A stretch of 62,960 nucleotides of DNA, filler included, from Chrysochromulina tobinii (lineage: Eukaryota), in NCBI GenBank assembly GCA_001275005.1. It is 4 parts of 4 records of this genome, joined end to end, with 100 filler letters (N's around TTAATTAATTAA, not from the genome) between each part and the next. Parts side by side here need not be neighbours in the genome. Positions count along the whole stretch, not along the records: positions 29,876 to 48,005 come from JWZX01001013.1; 3 more parts are not named here. One strand, 5' to 3'. A program made the translations under genes and the position numbers. The notes beneath the pieces were generated by a model. The model saw only the letters and a list, made by a program, of their open reading frames with translations, had not been told where the DNA came from and made no database searches. The first letter of the stretch is position 1; each line of letters begins with the position of its first letter. This document shows, piece by piece, positions 32,796-45,956 of this stretch.

Positions 32796-33842
32796 GGAGG
32801 TGGCCGCGGCGGCGGCTCAGACGGTGGTGCTCATAGCGTGTGTGAGTGCGCCCTGGCAAGAGAACCTGTACGCATGGAGTGAGAGGCTCTCCCAGGAAGG
32901 TCGGAGCCGGAGAGAGGCGCGCGTTGAGCATGCAGCACATTCATGCCCTCGAGCGCCCCCGAGCTCCCCCGAGCTCAGCTTGAAGTTTGGATTGAGAGCG
33001 GACGGTCTGCACCTACCCCGTCCGTGTGAGCGTTCAGCATGCAATTGAGATTGAGCTCTGAGGTCATGTCAAAGGTGGGTTCGCTGATTGTATTCGCGGT
33101 GGCGACCGTCGTGGCGTCAACCATCATGCGATGTCGAGTGGCGAGGAGGCCGTTATGCGTCGGGGCGTCCGTCGTGTCCTTGCGGGCTCGCTCCGGCGAC
33201 TCCGCGGACAGACTGATGAAACGTGAACGAGGCCGCGGGGCCGCGCCGCGCGGGGTCGCCGCCTCGGCTCGTCCTCCGCTGTCGCCTGTCCCTGCCTCGC
33301 CGCCGCGGGCGCATGTGGCCGCGGGGCGGACCCGCCCGCGCGCGCTCCCGAGCCCGCCCTCCCGCGCCTCCCCGGTCCGGTAAACGGTTTAAGATTAAGT
33401 ATTACTAGGTCGAACCGGACGAAACGACCGCCGGGGGGCCGCGCCCGCGTCTAGCAAAGTAACGCCCCGCCGGGACGGTAAAAAGCCGGGTTGGACCGTT
33501 GTCTGATCGGTCCCTCCCCGACGAGCGACGACACCGGTCCCGGCCCGATCGCGATCCGGACCGGACGACTCGACTCCCCGGGTCCCCGCTCCGTCCTGGG
33601 GCGTAAGGCTTGTAAGCGTTGTAAGCGTTATGACTTAAGTGGAGCGGTAAGCTTACAACGGCTAAACGGCCGATGGCCACAGGGGCGGGACACCCAGCCA
33701 CGAGCCACTTCGCATGTCGCACTGACGCTCGGGGACCTTGCCAGGGGGTCCGAGAGGAAGCCGAGAGTCGGGAAGGCATATTGGAGGCCTCTGGCAGATC
33801 TGCATACACCCGCACTTCGCGCGCAGCATCCCTCGGGTCAGA

Positions 33843-35033
33843 TCAGGCCTGGGCAGCGCCACCACCAAGCTGCAGTAGCTGCGGCTGCTTGACCTGCTGC
33901 TGCTGCCAGCCAGTAATCTGCTCATACAGCGTCTGCGTAATGTCGGTGATGAGCAGCCGATCGCCCACCTTGTCGACGCCCATCTCGGCAAGGTTCTGCT
34001 CGGTGAGCGAGAAGATGACGTCGCCCTGTACGCGGTGCTCGACGAAGATGTCGATGTATTCGCCCAGGTTGACCGCCTTGAGCACCTTGCACAGGTCCTT
34101 GACCGTCCAAGAGGTGGGCTGGTTCGAGAGGCCCAGTTTCTTCAGAGGCGGCACGGGATGCGTCGCGAGCTGGATGCCGAGCGCCGACGACCAGTTGACG
34201 ATATCGTCGTAGAGCTGCGTGAGCAACTCGATGAAGTACAGCCGATCGCCCACCAGGTTGAAGCCGAGCTCCTTCAAATGATCCTCGGTGAGTAGGAAGA
34301 CTGTGCCGCCGTCGACGTTGTGCGCGAGAAAGTTGGGAGCCAGATCTCCAAGCCCAAGCGCATCGAGCCACGTCGCGAGCTGCTCGCCGTTCCACGTGAG
34401 CACGTTGCGGTGCAGCCCGAGCGTTTTGAGGTCGGGCAGACCGCGGATCGACGCCAGGTTCTGCGCGATCGACTTGCAGTTCAGCTCGTATTCGTACAGG
34501 TCCTTGTCGCCCCACTCGACAAAGCCTCGGTACACTCGAAGGCCGCTCGTGCCCTCGCCACTCGGGCACTCGGCCGCAGCGGTTTCTACCTGCTTGCTTG
34601 AGCGCATGCCGAGATAGCTCTGCCACACGCCCGAGCACTGAAGCTTGAAGTCGTACGTGTCGCGGTCGGACCAGTCGTTGCGCCCGCGCTTGACCTCAAT
34701 GCCAGTCACGTACATCTTGGAGGGGCACTCGATCGTCTTGTCCTCCACCTCGTTCTTAAACCATAGGCCCGACCAGCTCGTCCAACGCACTCCACACTTG
34801 AGCTTGAAGTCGTACAGGTCGCGGTCCTCGTGCCGCGTGCGGCCGTACTTGACGCGGATGCCGGTCAGGAAGCCCGACGGGCAGTGCAGTGACTTGGATT
34901 CGATGGGCCGGTTGCTGTCGAAGCTGAGGCCCATCAGCCCAGTCCACGCCGCATCCACGGCCACACCGGCAAGGCAGAATGCGAGCAGCGCGAGCGCCGA
35001 GCGGGACGCCACCATTGGCCTCCTCAGCGTCAT
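33843..35033 (-). CDS. Signal peptide + three-repeat beta-prism (VMO1-like) domain + two SAM domains
   Basis: SALALLAFCLAGVAVDA; three CPS..TG...R....D.D.Y...L.C repeats; SAM signatures WNGEQLATWLDALGL...VDG...LKELG...GDR and WTVKDLCKVLKAVNLGEY...VQG...LAEMG...GDR. Confidence 0.8.
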   Translation of the reverse strand: MTLRRPMVASRSALALLAFCLAGVAVDAAWTGLMGLSFDSNRPIESKSLHCPSGFLTGIRVKYGRTRHEDRDLYDFKLKCGVRWTSWSGLWFKNEVEDKTIECPSKMYVTGIEVKRGRNDWSDRDTYDFKLQCSGVWQSYLGMRSSKQVETAAAECPSGEGTSGLRVYRGFVEWGDKDLYEYELNCKSIAQNLASIRGLPDLKTLGLHRNVLTWNGEQLATWLDALGLGDLAPNFLAHNVDGGTVFLLTEDHLKELGFNLVGDRLYFIELLTQLYDDIVNWSSALGIQLATHPVPPLKKLGLSNQPTSWTVKDLCKVLKAVNLGEYIDIFVEHRVQGDVIFSLTEQNLAEMGVDKVGDRLLITDITQTLYEQITGWQQQQVKQPQLLQLGGGAAQA

Positions 35034-35258
35034 GTTGCGAGTGGAGCGATGAGGTAGAGCTCCCGAGATTGAGCTCACACGAAAAATTTGTACATGCATA
35101 CGAACGAGTATAGTTGCGTGCGATAAGTGCCGGGCGACGAAGTGTCGATGGCCATCCAAGTGTGAACGGATAGTGTTTCCGCAGCCATGGAGAGCCGCGC
35201 GTCGCGCGAGTGAGACGCTCCGCCTGAGAGCGCGCGGCGCGTTGGCGCATTGCGCGCG

Positions 35259-36618
35259 ATGCTGACTCAAAAGGAGGTAGCAGCGCTCGTCGAGATCTTG
35301 GCGGCGGGCTACAGTCTCGAAGCGGCAGCCGCAGCATTTCAGAGGGCCTTTGTGCGCGCTGACCACTTTAGGGTGGCTGCGGCAATCTGCATGATGCTCG
35401 AGGACAACCTGCTCCCGGCAAAGGAGGTATCGACGGCGCTGTACATCGTCCACGACCTGTACAAGAGCGAGGCCCCGGTGGTGCATCCGTTCCTATCCTT
35501 TCTCGTGCAGCTGCTGCAGCCCAGCAGTCCTTGTGCGCTGCAGCTGCACGAGCGCAACCTGCTTTGTCTGCTGCTCGCGCAGCCGCCTGACAAGGACGTG
35601 GGCAAGAAGACGCCCGCGCAGCTGGAGACCATGTGGAGAGATGGCGAGCAGCAGCCGCTTCCCAACCTGGTGCGCGCAGGCCGCCGTGCTTGGTGCACCT
35701 ACAGCATGCGCCAGCACTCTGTTGCTCTCTGTGCTCACGCTTGCTCGTGCGCCCTGCACCGCGCGCCGCACGCAGGTACAGCTGAGGGCCCCCTTTGCAG
35801 AGCGGGACGCGCAGGTGCCTGAGATGCGGCGGGCAGGCATCAGCGCCCTGGTGCCTGACCCGCAGCCGCTGGACGCGCCGGGGTCAGGCGCGTCGGCTGC
35901 GGCCACTGATGGGGAGGTTTTGGGCCTCGAGCAGCATCTCGGCCTGCTGCGATTCGAGCCGCAGCTGCTGCGGCCGCCGCCACCGCTGCTCGACTCGCGC
36001 GACGAGGAAGTCATCTGGCTCAACCCGCAGAGCGACTACTCTTTCGATGTCTTGTGGGATCACTCGATGGGCGCGGACAATGTCAAAGGGGCCGAGGTGC
36101 GCGAGCTCATGAGCAAGGCCTTCCGTGGGCCGCTTGTGCCGGGGCAACAGCAGCAGGTGCTCGCCGAGCTAGAGAGCGACGGCAAGCTTGTGTATCACTG
36201 CGGTCTGACGCCCAAGCGTTTACCCGACCTCGTGGAGAACAATCCGATCATCGCCATCGATGTGTTGCTCAAGCTTATGTCATCGTCACAGATCACCGAC
36301 TACTTCTCGGTACTCGTGAACATGGACATCAGCCTGCACTCGATGGAAGTGGTCAACCGGCTGACGACGGCCGTCGACCTGCCGACGGAGTTTGTGCACC
36401 TGTACATCTCCAACTGCATCTCCTCGTGCGAGAATATCAAGGATAGGTACATGCAAAACCGATTGGTGCGGCTGGTCTGTGTCTTCCTGCAATCCCTGAT
36501 CCGCAACAAGATCATCAACGTGCAGGACCTGTTCATCGAGGTGCAGGCATTCTGCATTGAGTTCAGCCACATCCGCGAGGCGGCGGGCCTCTTTCGGCTG
36601 CTCAAAACGCTCGAGTAG
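35259..36618 (+). CDS. CNOT11: CCR4-NOT subunit 11; intron 35670-35775
   Basis: [41 protein letters not shown] and [19 protein letters not shown]; a phase-0 GT..AG intron joins the two ORFs. Confidence 0.95.
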
Positions 36619-37096
36619 ACGCAAAGAGGGCCCGAGGGGCGCCGCGTCCAGCAGATCCTCCGACGGTGCCGTATCGCGCGGCGTGCTAGGCCGACTACTC
36701 CGCGCGTCGCGCTTGTGACATAAACAACACGGATCTTCACCGCCCCCGATGCGGGCCCGTGTCCCAGTGCGCTCCGCTCTACAGCCCACCGCGGCTCCGC
36801 ATGCTTCTGTCGGCGCAGACAAAAAAATTTACCCGCAATCGTATCATCCGATCGCAACCCGATTATCGCGTGAGAGATGTCAAGATTTCTTACATTGTTT
36901 CCTTGCGACTCGCGGTCTCGCGGGTCCGATAACGAAAAATCATACCCATAGACGCACGCACCCCCAGCAGAGGCACGCGTTAGGGCGAGGGGCAAAATGT
37001 TATAACACAGCAAGTTGAACGCCCTCCCGTCACTCTCCGCGGTCTCTGCACAAGCGGGTACGTTGGGTGTTCCCTAACGCCTAAGCGCCGGCCTCT

Positions 37097-37703
<607 letters not shown>

Positions 37704-37870
37704 GATGTCTGTAGAGGAAAAAAACTAGCGACGTGTAGGCTGCGTGGATCGCGTTCATACCGAAAATGCTTGTATTCACAGATACTCAAAATTGACCGTG
37801 TTTCTCAAGCAACCTTGCTTACTGATGTTTGTGGAACTCAGATCCAGGTTACCTTTATTGACCATCCAGG

Positions 37871-38905
37871 TTACCTTGTGCTCCTTCGGCGCGTCGCCGC
37901 CAGTTCCTGCTCGGCCGTGAGTGGCTCGTCTTTTCCATGGTAGCCGCGCTGGCGGTTGAGGAGCAGCTCGGCAAGATCGTCGAGCTCTCGTAAGCTTAAG
38001 AGCGCGCCACCCTCGTCTAACGGGTAACGCCATGCGTCCCAGCGCCTTCGCCCTAGGTGCTTGCCATCGAGCTCCCAACTCATGGGGATACCGCGCCGCT
38101 GGGCATCCAAGATACTGTCGGCGGGCCCGGAAGTGTCAGTCGGCTCGCCGAGCAGGGTCGCCGCGGCCTTGCACCAACCCTTCCAAACGCCATCTGACCA
38201 GCTGGACGGTCCGCCGACCACAAACGTAACGTGCGACGGCGACGGATTACCCTCGGCTGCGGCTGCCGCTAGCCTCGCAGCCACCTCGAGCGCGAACGCG
38301 GCTGAGATGGCTGGCTTCCACCCCTTGACGCCGGTTCCAAGCGCGGGGCACGCAACATCCGTCGCACCCAGGCGCACGGCCTCTGCAAAGGCGCTTCGAT
38401 ACGTGGAGAAGAGCACGTTGTCGGGCGGAGTGAAATGCGGGAGGCCACGAAGCTTGATGACCTGCGTGTCAGCCTCGACCACGCCGCTCATGACGTGGTC
38501 GCGCTCGCCGCCCGTGTACTGGCCCTCGTAGCCGAATTCTGAGTCGGGCACCACGGCATGCACGACGTGGTCCGCCAAGACGGCCCCGAAGGCTGGCGTG
38601 GAGACCGCGGCACCGGCAGGGCAGCGCACGACCTTTGATGGACCATGTTTTACTCCAGACGTCCATCGCGTGAGGTCACGGCGGATGCCACTGCTAAGCG
38701 TCGCTGGCAGCGGCTCGATTGCAAGGCAGGCCTGCTCGAGCTCAGGGCCGGCCAGCTTTCGGAGTGCGCCGTCCACATTCACGCGCGAGACGAAGCGCCA
38801 GTAGGTGGGCTGACCGTTTCCGACGAGTGAGTCATTGGCCGATGTGATGAGCGCCTTCGTGGGCGTCTTGAGTATGTCGCCGCGCTTCAGCGTCACGCGG
38901 AGCAT
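37871..38905 (-). CDS. Macro-domain (ADP-ribose-binding/hydrolase-like) protein
   Basis: GDIL, ITSANDSL, VDGALRKLAGPEL, VVHAVVP and ACPALGTGVKGW. Confidence 0.85.
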   Translation of the reverse strand: MLRVTLKRGDILKTPTKALITSANDSLVGNGQPTYWRFVSRVNVDGALRKLAGPELEQACLAIEPLPATLSSGIRRDLTRWTSGVKHGPSKVVRCPAGAAVSTPAFGAVLADHVVHAVVPDSEFGYEGQYTGGERDHVMSGVVEADTQVIKLRGLPHFTPPDNVLFSTYRSAFAEAVRLGATDVACPALGTGVKGWKPAISAAFALEVAARLAAAAAEGNPSPSHVTFVVGGPSSWSDGVWKGWCKAAATLLGEPTDTSGPADSILDAQRRGIPMSWELDGKHLGRRRWDAWRYPLDEGGALLSLRELDDLAELLLNRQRGYHGKDEPLTAEQELAATRRRSTR

Positions 38906-39070
38906 GAAGTACCTCCAGACCGGTGCGAAGCATTCTCGTCAAGCTCATCTGTCAAGTAGAGCTAGTCAAGACAAGTCAAGTTGCATGCGATTCCGGGTAC
39001 TACTATTGTAACTGAATTTCGAGTTGTCGTGTACACGCGAGATCCTTCACAGCGCGCCGGAACTCATATT

Positions 39071-40258
39071 ATGGCTACACAAGCCCCACACAAGCCGCCT
39101 TCGGCCGCCGCCACCTCGCCGCCACCGGCTGCCGCCGCAACGCCGCCCCCGGTCGCTGCGAGCCGAAGCGAAGATGACGGTGAAGACATTGAGTGCCTCT
39201 TGTGGACATGCAAGGAGTGCTACGTCTACCAGATCCCGCCGCTCAAGAATGAGAGCGGGCATCGCGCCAACGACTGGGATGTGAATAAATGGCTGTGGAG
39301 CGGCGCGCTCAAGGTGACAGCCACGGGCTCGTTGCTTAAGATTATCCTGTATGACCCGGCAACCGGCGCCCTGTTTGCCACGTGTCCGGTGGCCGCACAT
39401 GGCAACAAGGCGGTCGATCAGGTCATCGATAGCAGCCGCTACTTTGTGCTGCGATTGGACGACGGCAAGGGCCGGCACGCTTTCATCGGCATGGGCTTCC
39501 GCGACCGCAGCTATGCCTATGATTTCAACGCGACGATGCAGGATCATTGGGACGGCGTGCGGCGAGGCAAGGATGCCGACGAGCAAGCGAAGCTGATGGC
39601 CGAGCGCGCCGCGAGCGAGCCCATGCGCGACCTGTCGCTCAAGGAAGGTGAGAAGCTCAATATCAGCATCAACGTGCCGGGCGCCGGATCCAAGCCCCGA
39701 GCGGCGCGTCCCAAGGTCGAGGGTGGCGCCTTCTCTTTGCCAGGTAAGCCCGGGGTGCTCGCGCCGCCGCCCAAGCCCGGGGTGCTCGCGCCGCCGCCCA
39801 AGGCTGGGGTGCTCGCGCCGTCCAGGGCCGGGGCACCGCCGCCGTCCTCTGCTGCGGGACCGCCGCGGCCTCCGACGCCGCCAAACACCGCACCCGCAGA
39901 GGGCGCCGCGCCGCCGGCCGCCGCCGCGCCTGTGCCCGCGCCTGCGCCTCCGCCCCCGCCGCGGCCGCCGACGCCCCCCGGCGATGACGACTTTGGCGAC
40001 TTCTCTGCCGCCTCCGGCAGCGCTGCAGAAAAGGGCGGTGATGCCGACTTTGGCGACTTCCACAGCGTGTCGCCCAAAGCATCGTCATCGTCCAGCGTGC
40101 CGCCTAAGTCGTTGGCGGCACCTTCATCTACGTCTGCTGCTCTGCCCTCGCCCGCTGCCCCGCTGAAGGATGTGGACAAGGACAAGTCGAGCCAAAAGCA
40201 AGACACGGAGGACACTGGGGGCTACTTTAGCAAGGCGGTGGCATTTTTAACGGGCTAA
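39071..40258 (+). CDS. NECAP: NECAP adaptin-ear-binding protein
   Basis: YVYQIPP, GHRANDW, VIDSSRYFVLR, HAFIGMGFRDRSYAYDFN and DLSLKEGE; two DFGDF motifs. Confidence 0.92.
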   Translation: MATQAPHKPPSAAATSPPPAAAATPPPVAASRSEDDGEDIECLLWTCKECYVYQIPPLKNESGHRANDWDVNKWLWSGALKVTATGSLLKIILYDPATGALFATCPVAAHGNKAVDQVIDSSRYFVLRLDDGKGRHAFIGMGFRDRSYAYDFNATMQDHWDGVRRGKDADEQAKLMAERAASEPMRDLSLKEGEKLNISINVPGAGSKPRAARPKVEGGAFSLPGKPGVLAPPPKPGVLAPPPKAGVLAPSRAGAPPPSSAAGPPRPPTPPNTAPAEGAAPPAAAAPVPAPAPPPPPRPPTPPGDDDFGDFSAASGSAAEKGGDADFGDFHSVSPKASSSSSVPPKSLAAPSSTSAALPSPAAPLKDVDKDKSSQKQDTEDTGGYFSKAVAFLTG

Positions 40259-41331
40259 ACCAGCCCGTGGCGGTGCTCTCGAGCGCGGCGGCTGAGAAAC
40301 GACGACGAGATCTCGTCGAGATCTCGTCGAGAGCAGGGCTAAGCCAGCCCGGGCGCGGCGTCCGCGCTGCCCGCTGCGCTGCGTCACGGCTGCGGCCGCG
40401 TTGTGGGCTCCACTCGGCTGTGCGGTGTGGCGCGCGCCGTGCTCATGGAGGCGCGCGTGCGGTTCCGACTTCCGCGTGGCGAGAGGTGCGTTGACTGTCA
40501 ACGACGGTGGCGGCGACGCGCGCGCTCTTCGAGAGCGGAGGTGAATTTCGAGCATTGAGCATGTGTGCATCTTCGGATACGGATAGGGCAATAGCGAATC
40601 TCTAATGGACGCGGACCGAGTTGTATTATTTGGCAGGTATTGCATGCGAGTAGGAGTACAGAGTCGCGAGAGAGTGTCCTCGCGACGAAATAAGACGTCG
40701 ATAGCGGGATCACAGTTAACTTTCCGCACAGTCACCGCTCCGCGCTTGTACCGAACGGAACGCGAATCGCGATCGCGTAACGTACCCGAGCGCCCCTCGA
40801 AAAGTCAAAAGACGCTACACGGTCCCGTGACCGGTCCCGGCGTCAAAATTCTCCAAGTCGAAACCCCACGTCCACGCCGCGCCGCGCGCCCAACGACGCA
40901 CCGCGACCGCGACTGCAGGGGACAGGGGCGGGGGCGGCGGGGAAGCCCCCGTGTGCGCCTCGGACGCGGCCGAGCCGCATGCCCGAATGCCGAACGTGTG
41001 GTACAAACCGCGAAAAAAACCTCGCGGGAAGAGTCGGGAGTCCAGGCTGGGCAGTGAGTGGGCAGACGTCTCAAGCAGGACACGCCGCTTTCCACGCGCG
41101 CACGCCGCAGGTTCCCAAAGCGCGCGCGGCATCGCATGACGATCTCCGATGATCTCCGATGCCGCGCATGATGATCTCCAGTGTCGTGTATGGCGGCCGT
41201 ATAGTGCCACCGTAACCGTCAGCCAATTGCCATACGAGCGCGCTGTGCTGGGCGCATAGCCCGCCAAACGCTCGAGCTGTTGCGTCGTCCTGGGCGCGCC
41301 GCGCTGGGCGCCTCGCCCGCCAAACGCCGGC

Positions 41332-42807
41332 TTAGTTTGCAAAAAAGGCGGCGGCCTTGCTGAAGTAGGTCTCCGTGCCCTCCTTCGAGTCTTGCCTTTG
41401 GCTCGGGTTGACGAGCTCGATGCCCTGGACAGGAGTGAATGCGAGTGACGAGGCAAGGCCGTTTGAGGCGCCCGAGGAGCCCGCAGTGCGCTGCTTCTTG
41501 TTCTTCTCGGCCAGCAGCTTCTGCTCCTTGGCCGAGACGCGCATCTTGCCGTGCTGCTGCCCCTTGCTCAGGAGGCCCACGCCGAGCATCCCATCGGAGC
41601 TAGTGTCCTCTTCCTCTCCAAATCGCACGCGGTTGGCCAGCTGCCTCATCTGCGTCATGCCATACCGCTCCTTCATCTTGCGCAGCCGCCGGCCACCGCG
41701 CCGCTTGCCACTCGACTCTGGCGGTACTGGCAGCGCCTTGACCACCTTACCCGGTGCAGGCTCCTGCAGCTTGGTCGCTCGCATCTCGATCTCATCTCGG
41801 AAGCCCTGCCCGACGAGCCCGCCTCCCTTGTCGGCAAATGTGTCCACCCGCGCAGAGAGGGTCGCCTTGCCTGCGACGAGACGCAGCACTTTGTTACGCA
41901 GGCCGGGCGCCGTGTTCTGCACGATGTCGCAGGCCGCTAGAAATCCACCGTGCACGAACTGGCTCGAATTGGCCATGCCGCCGAGCGCCTTCTTCTTGTG
42001 CCCGAGCACCTGCAGCACTGTGGAGGGCATCGCGGCAAGCTTGTGCAGCCCGCCCGCGGCGCCGATGAGTTTGGCGGCGATCGCCGTGCCTACGAGGTTC
42101 GACAGGTTCGGGGCGACGCGGTGCATCTGGGACTCGACGTACGCGAGGAGCGTCGTCTTGTTGTCCGCGAGGGCAAGGACCTGCTCGCACGAATCGAGCA
42201 CGGTTGCGAGAGTGCGCTCGGGCAGCGGCGTGCCGATCGTCGTCGACGCAGTGACGGTGACCACCATGATGGTCGCCGACGGCAGGATGCCCGTCAGGTC
42301 CACGTCGGACAATTCGATCTCGTTGCCAAGCTTGATCACGACACGCGCGTAGTCGAGCGGGTTGATGACGAGCGAGTCGAGCTCGGGGAAGCGGTGCGCG
42401 TACTCGTCCTTGATCGTCTTGGCGATCGCTTCCACCTCGTCGTCGATGTCGACCACCATCTCGTTGCACCGCACGATGAGCTTGTGAGCCTCCTCCTCGT
42501 CGTCCTCCGTTGCGTCACCTCTGCTGCTGCCTACTGACGGCTCCGCGTCGGCAGTCGACACGCCCGAGGAAGACTCGCCCGCACTGCCCGAAGAAGAGGC
42601 GATACGTTCCATGAGATCCGACATCCTCGACGAGCGCAGCAGCCCGGTTACTGCCCTGGACCGCCGCACGCCACCGTCCTCAGCCGTCATGTCAATGTCT
42701 CCATCCTCACCATCGCCCTCGAATGCCTCCTCCTCATCAATAGGCCCACCTTCTTCCTCGTCGTCGAGGTCATCCAGGTCGTTCAGGAACGCGTCGAGGC
42801 TGCCCAT
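41332..42807 (-). CDS. PRPF31: U4/U6 snRNP protein Prp31
   Basis: RFPELDSLV, APNLSNLVG, KATLSARVD, KRRGGRRLRKMKER and GLASSLAFTPVQGIELVNP. Confidence 0.96.
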   Translation of the reverse strand: MGSLDAFLNDLDDLDDEEEGGPIDEEEAFEGDGEDGDIDMTAEDGGVRRSRAVTGLLRSSRMSDLMERIASSSGSAGESSSGVSTADAEPSVGSSRGDATEDDEEEAHKLIVRCNEMVVDIDDEVEAIAKTIKDEYAHRFPELDSLVINPLDYARVVIKLGNEIELSDVDLTGILPSATIMVVTVTASTTIGTPLPERTLATVLDSCEQVLALADNKTTLLAYVESQMHRVAPNLSNLVGTAIAAKLIGAAGGLHKLAAMPSTVLQVLGHKKKALGGMANSSQFVHGGFLAACDIVQNTAPGLRNKVLRLVAGKATLSARVDTFADKGGGLVGQGFRDEIEMRATKLQEPAPGKVVKALPVPPESSGKRRGGRRLRKMKERYGMTQMRQLANRVRFGEEEDTSSDGMLGVGLLSKGQQHGKMRVSAKEQKLLAEKNKKQRTAGSSGASNGLASSLAFTPVQGIELVNPSQRQDSKEGTETYFSKAAAFFAN

Positions 42808-43264
42808 TTGTCTGTCCACACGCGCTTCGCCGCAAGCACTCACCGATGTGCCCAAGATGTGCCCGTGCCGCACACCCGCGCACACCCTGCACGCACACCC
42901 ACCGATTGCGCACCGGAAACTGTGAACGTACCGGGTGCCGGTATGTTCAGGATCATGAAGGCTGTCCCGGAACTGAATGTATGTGGCTGAATTGTGCTTT
43001 GTGCGAGGAGCACAATCACCTCACATTCCATTTTATAACGCACAATTTTATAACGGCACCCGCCCGCCCCGGCACCGAGAGCAGATGTGGAGCTCCGAGT
43101 CGCGCTTGTCGCGCGCGTGCGACGGTGCTGGTATACGCGCTGCCTAGTGTTGAGTGCTCTGCCAAAACTCTGCAGCCACCCCCCTATAGCCACACGCTCG
43201 GATACCGCTCGGATTGGCATGGATATCGTAGCCTGTGGCGCCACCTTCTTGTCCACACAGCTGC

Positions 43265-45678
43265 CTACATGTCGAGGATGGCGTTGAAGGTGGGGCTTGC
43301 ACGCATCGCGGCGATGCACTTCTTCACGTCAGGCTTCCAGTAGCCGCCAATGTCAACGCTGGGGCCCTGGCAATCAATGAGCTCCTGCACAATCTTGACC
43401 TCGTTGGCGACGAGCTGCTTTGCCATCGGCGCGAAGCTCTCGTCGTGTTTCGCCATCGCCTCAGCCCAGTAGAGGGCAATGTAGAAGGTGGAGCCGCGGT
43501 TGTCGAGCTGCTTCACCTTGCGCGACGGTGACTTGTCGTTGTCCAGCAGCTTGCCAGTGGCCTCGTTGAGCGTGTCCGCGAGCAGCTGGACGCGCTTGTC
43601 ACCCGTCTTCGACGCGTGCTCCTCGAGCGAGACCGCGAGCGCGAGGTACTCGCCGAGGCTGTCCCATCGCAGGTGGCCCTCCTTAACAAACTGCTGCACG
43701 TGCTTCGGCGCCGAGCCGCCGGCGCCCGTCTCGTACAGCCCGCCGCCCGCGAGCAGCGGCACGATCGAGAGCATTTTGGCCGAGGTGCCCAGCTCGATGA
43801 TGGGGAAGAGATCCGTCAGGTAGTCACGCAGCACGTTGCCAGTGACAGAGATCGTGTCTTTGCCCGCGCGCGCGTTGGCCATCGACGCCTTAATGGCGGG
43901 CACCGGCGCGAGGATGGAGAGGTCGAGACCCTTCGTGTCATGCTCCTTGAGGTACTCCTTCACCTTGCCGATGAGCGTGCGGTCGTGGGCACGCTCCTCG
44001 TCGAGCCAAAAGATAGCCTTGGCGTTCGTGGCGCGCGCGCGCGTCACGGCTAGCTTCACCCAATCTCGAATGGGCGCGTCCTTGGTCTGGCACATGCGCC
44101 AGATGTCGCCCACGCCGACCTTGTGCGCAAAGATCTCCTTGCCCGAGCCACTGTCCACCACCTTGACAGTGCCCGCCTTCTTGATCTCGAAGGTCTTGTC
44201 GTGGGAGCCGTACTCCTCCGCTTTCTGTGCCATCAGACCCACATTGGCTACGCTGCCCATCGTGCTCACGTTGAACTGGCCGTTCGCCTTGCAATCGTCG
44301 ATGACGGCCTGGTACATGGTGGCATAGCAACGGTCGGGGATGATCGTCATCGTGTCCTCGAGCTTGTCGTGCTTGTTCCACATCTTGCCCGAGTCGCGGA
44401 TGACGACAGGCATCGAGGCGTCGATGATGACATCCGACGGCACGTGCAGGTTTGTGATGCCTTTGGCCGAGTCGACCATCGCAAGCGGCGGCCGGGTCGC
44501 GGCGGCCGCCTCGAAGTCGGCCATGATCGCGTCCTTATTAGGCATCTTCGCGATCGTGTCGTACACGGCTCCTAACCCGTTGGTCGGATTGGCGCCCGCG
44601 GCCTTGAGCGCAGCTCCGTGCTTGGCGAAGGCATCCTTGAAGAAGATCTCGATGGCGTGGCCGAACATGATGGGGTCGGAGACCTTCATCATGGTGGCTT
44701 TCAGGTGGAGCGAGACCATCAGGTTGTCTTTTTTCGCGCTCGTGAGCGACGCCTCGAAAAAGGCGCGTAGGTGGGCGGCGGACATGCACGCCGCGTCGAT
44801 TACCTCGGCCGCCTGCAGCTTCGTCTCGGCCTTGAGCACCTGCACGGCCGATCCGTCGGCCGGGTGAAGTTCGATGCGCACCGAGGTGGCCGTCGGGACC
44901 GCCGTCGAGAGCTCCGAGCCGAAAAAGTCGCCTTCGGACATGTGTGCCACATGCGTCTTCGACTTGGGATCCCAAGCGCCGAGCTTGTGCGGCCGCTTCT
45001 GGGCGTACGCCTTGACCGGGCCGGCGACGCGCCGGTCCGAATTGCCCTCGCGCAGCACTGGGTTAACGGCGGAGCCGAGCACCTTGGAGTACTTGGCATG
45101 GATCGCCTTCTCCTCCTCCGTCGAGGGCGACGACGGGTACTTGGGCACATTGAAACCCTTGGATTGGAGCTCCTCGATTGCGGCATGGAGCTGCGGGATG
45201 GAGGCCGACACGTTGGGCAGCTTGACGATGTTGGCGGCAGGCGTCTTGGCGAGCTCGCCGAGCTTGGCGAGCTCGTCATCGACGCGCTGCTCCGGCTTAA
45301 GGCGGTCGGAGAACTGCGACAGGATGCGGCCTGCCACAGAGATGTCGACGGACTCAACAGCGAGGCCAGCAGGCTTCGTAAAGCGCTCTATGACGGGCAG
45401 CAGCGCAAAGGTAGCGAGCGCCGGCGCCTCGTCCGTGTACGTCCACACGATCTTATTGGGTTTGCTCGAGCTGCAAATGGCGAGAGTCGCGATTGGTCAC
45501 TCAGTCCAGGATCATCATGGCGAGTCAGGGGAGACAGCCACGCACGCACGCAGGCAGCGGTGGAGGGCGCTCTGTGCTGGCTGCGTTGATGCGCGTACGT
45601 GGCGAGCGCGCGGACGCCGATGGACACCACGGGCGAGCGCGTGAGGGCCCGCGGGGCGCGAAGAAGCAACGTCGCCAT
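43265..45678 (-). CDS. icd: Monomeric-type isocitrate dehydrogenase with mitochondrial presequence; intron 45598-45471
   Basis: [52 protein letters not shown] and [11 protein letters not shown]. Exon 1 ([27 protein letters not shown]) splices in frame. Confidence 0.95.
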
Positions 45679-45956
45679 CAAAATTGTGGTCGAGATTCGT
45701 CAACCCTTAATTTTCCCAAAATCGGCAAGTTTTGGACTTGTCTGCCCTCTATAAATCTGCCCTCAACGAGTCATTTTCAGGGTGGCCTGCGTTTGCACTG
45801 ACGTTCTGTAATTGCTCGATTGGTACAGAACGAAGGCCAGTTTCAGTAGGAACTTCCTACATGTGCAAGCAGATTCGTGTCAAAAGTGCGCCAAGATTCG
45901 CGTCTTTTCAGATCCGGACGAGGAATGCCGCAGATCTTCCAACAGTGGTCGTCCAC

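Noticed and set aside
33380..33670. Possible MITE remnants in palindrome-rich intergenic DNA (also about 14300-14560 and 40700-40860)
   Set aside because: No convincing terminal inverted repeats, TSDs or second copy in the window.
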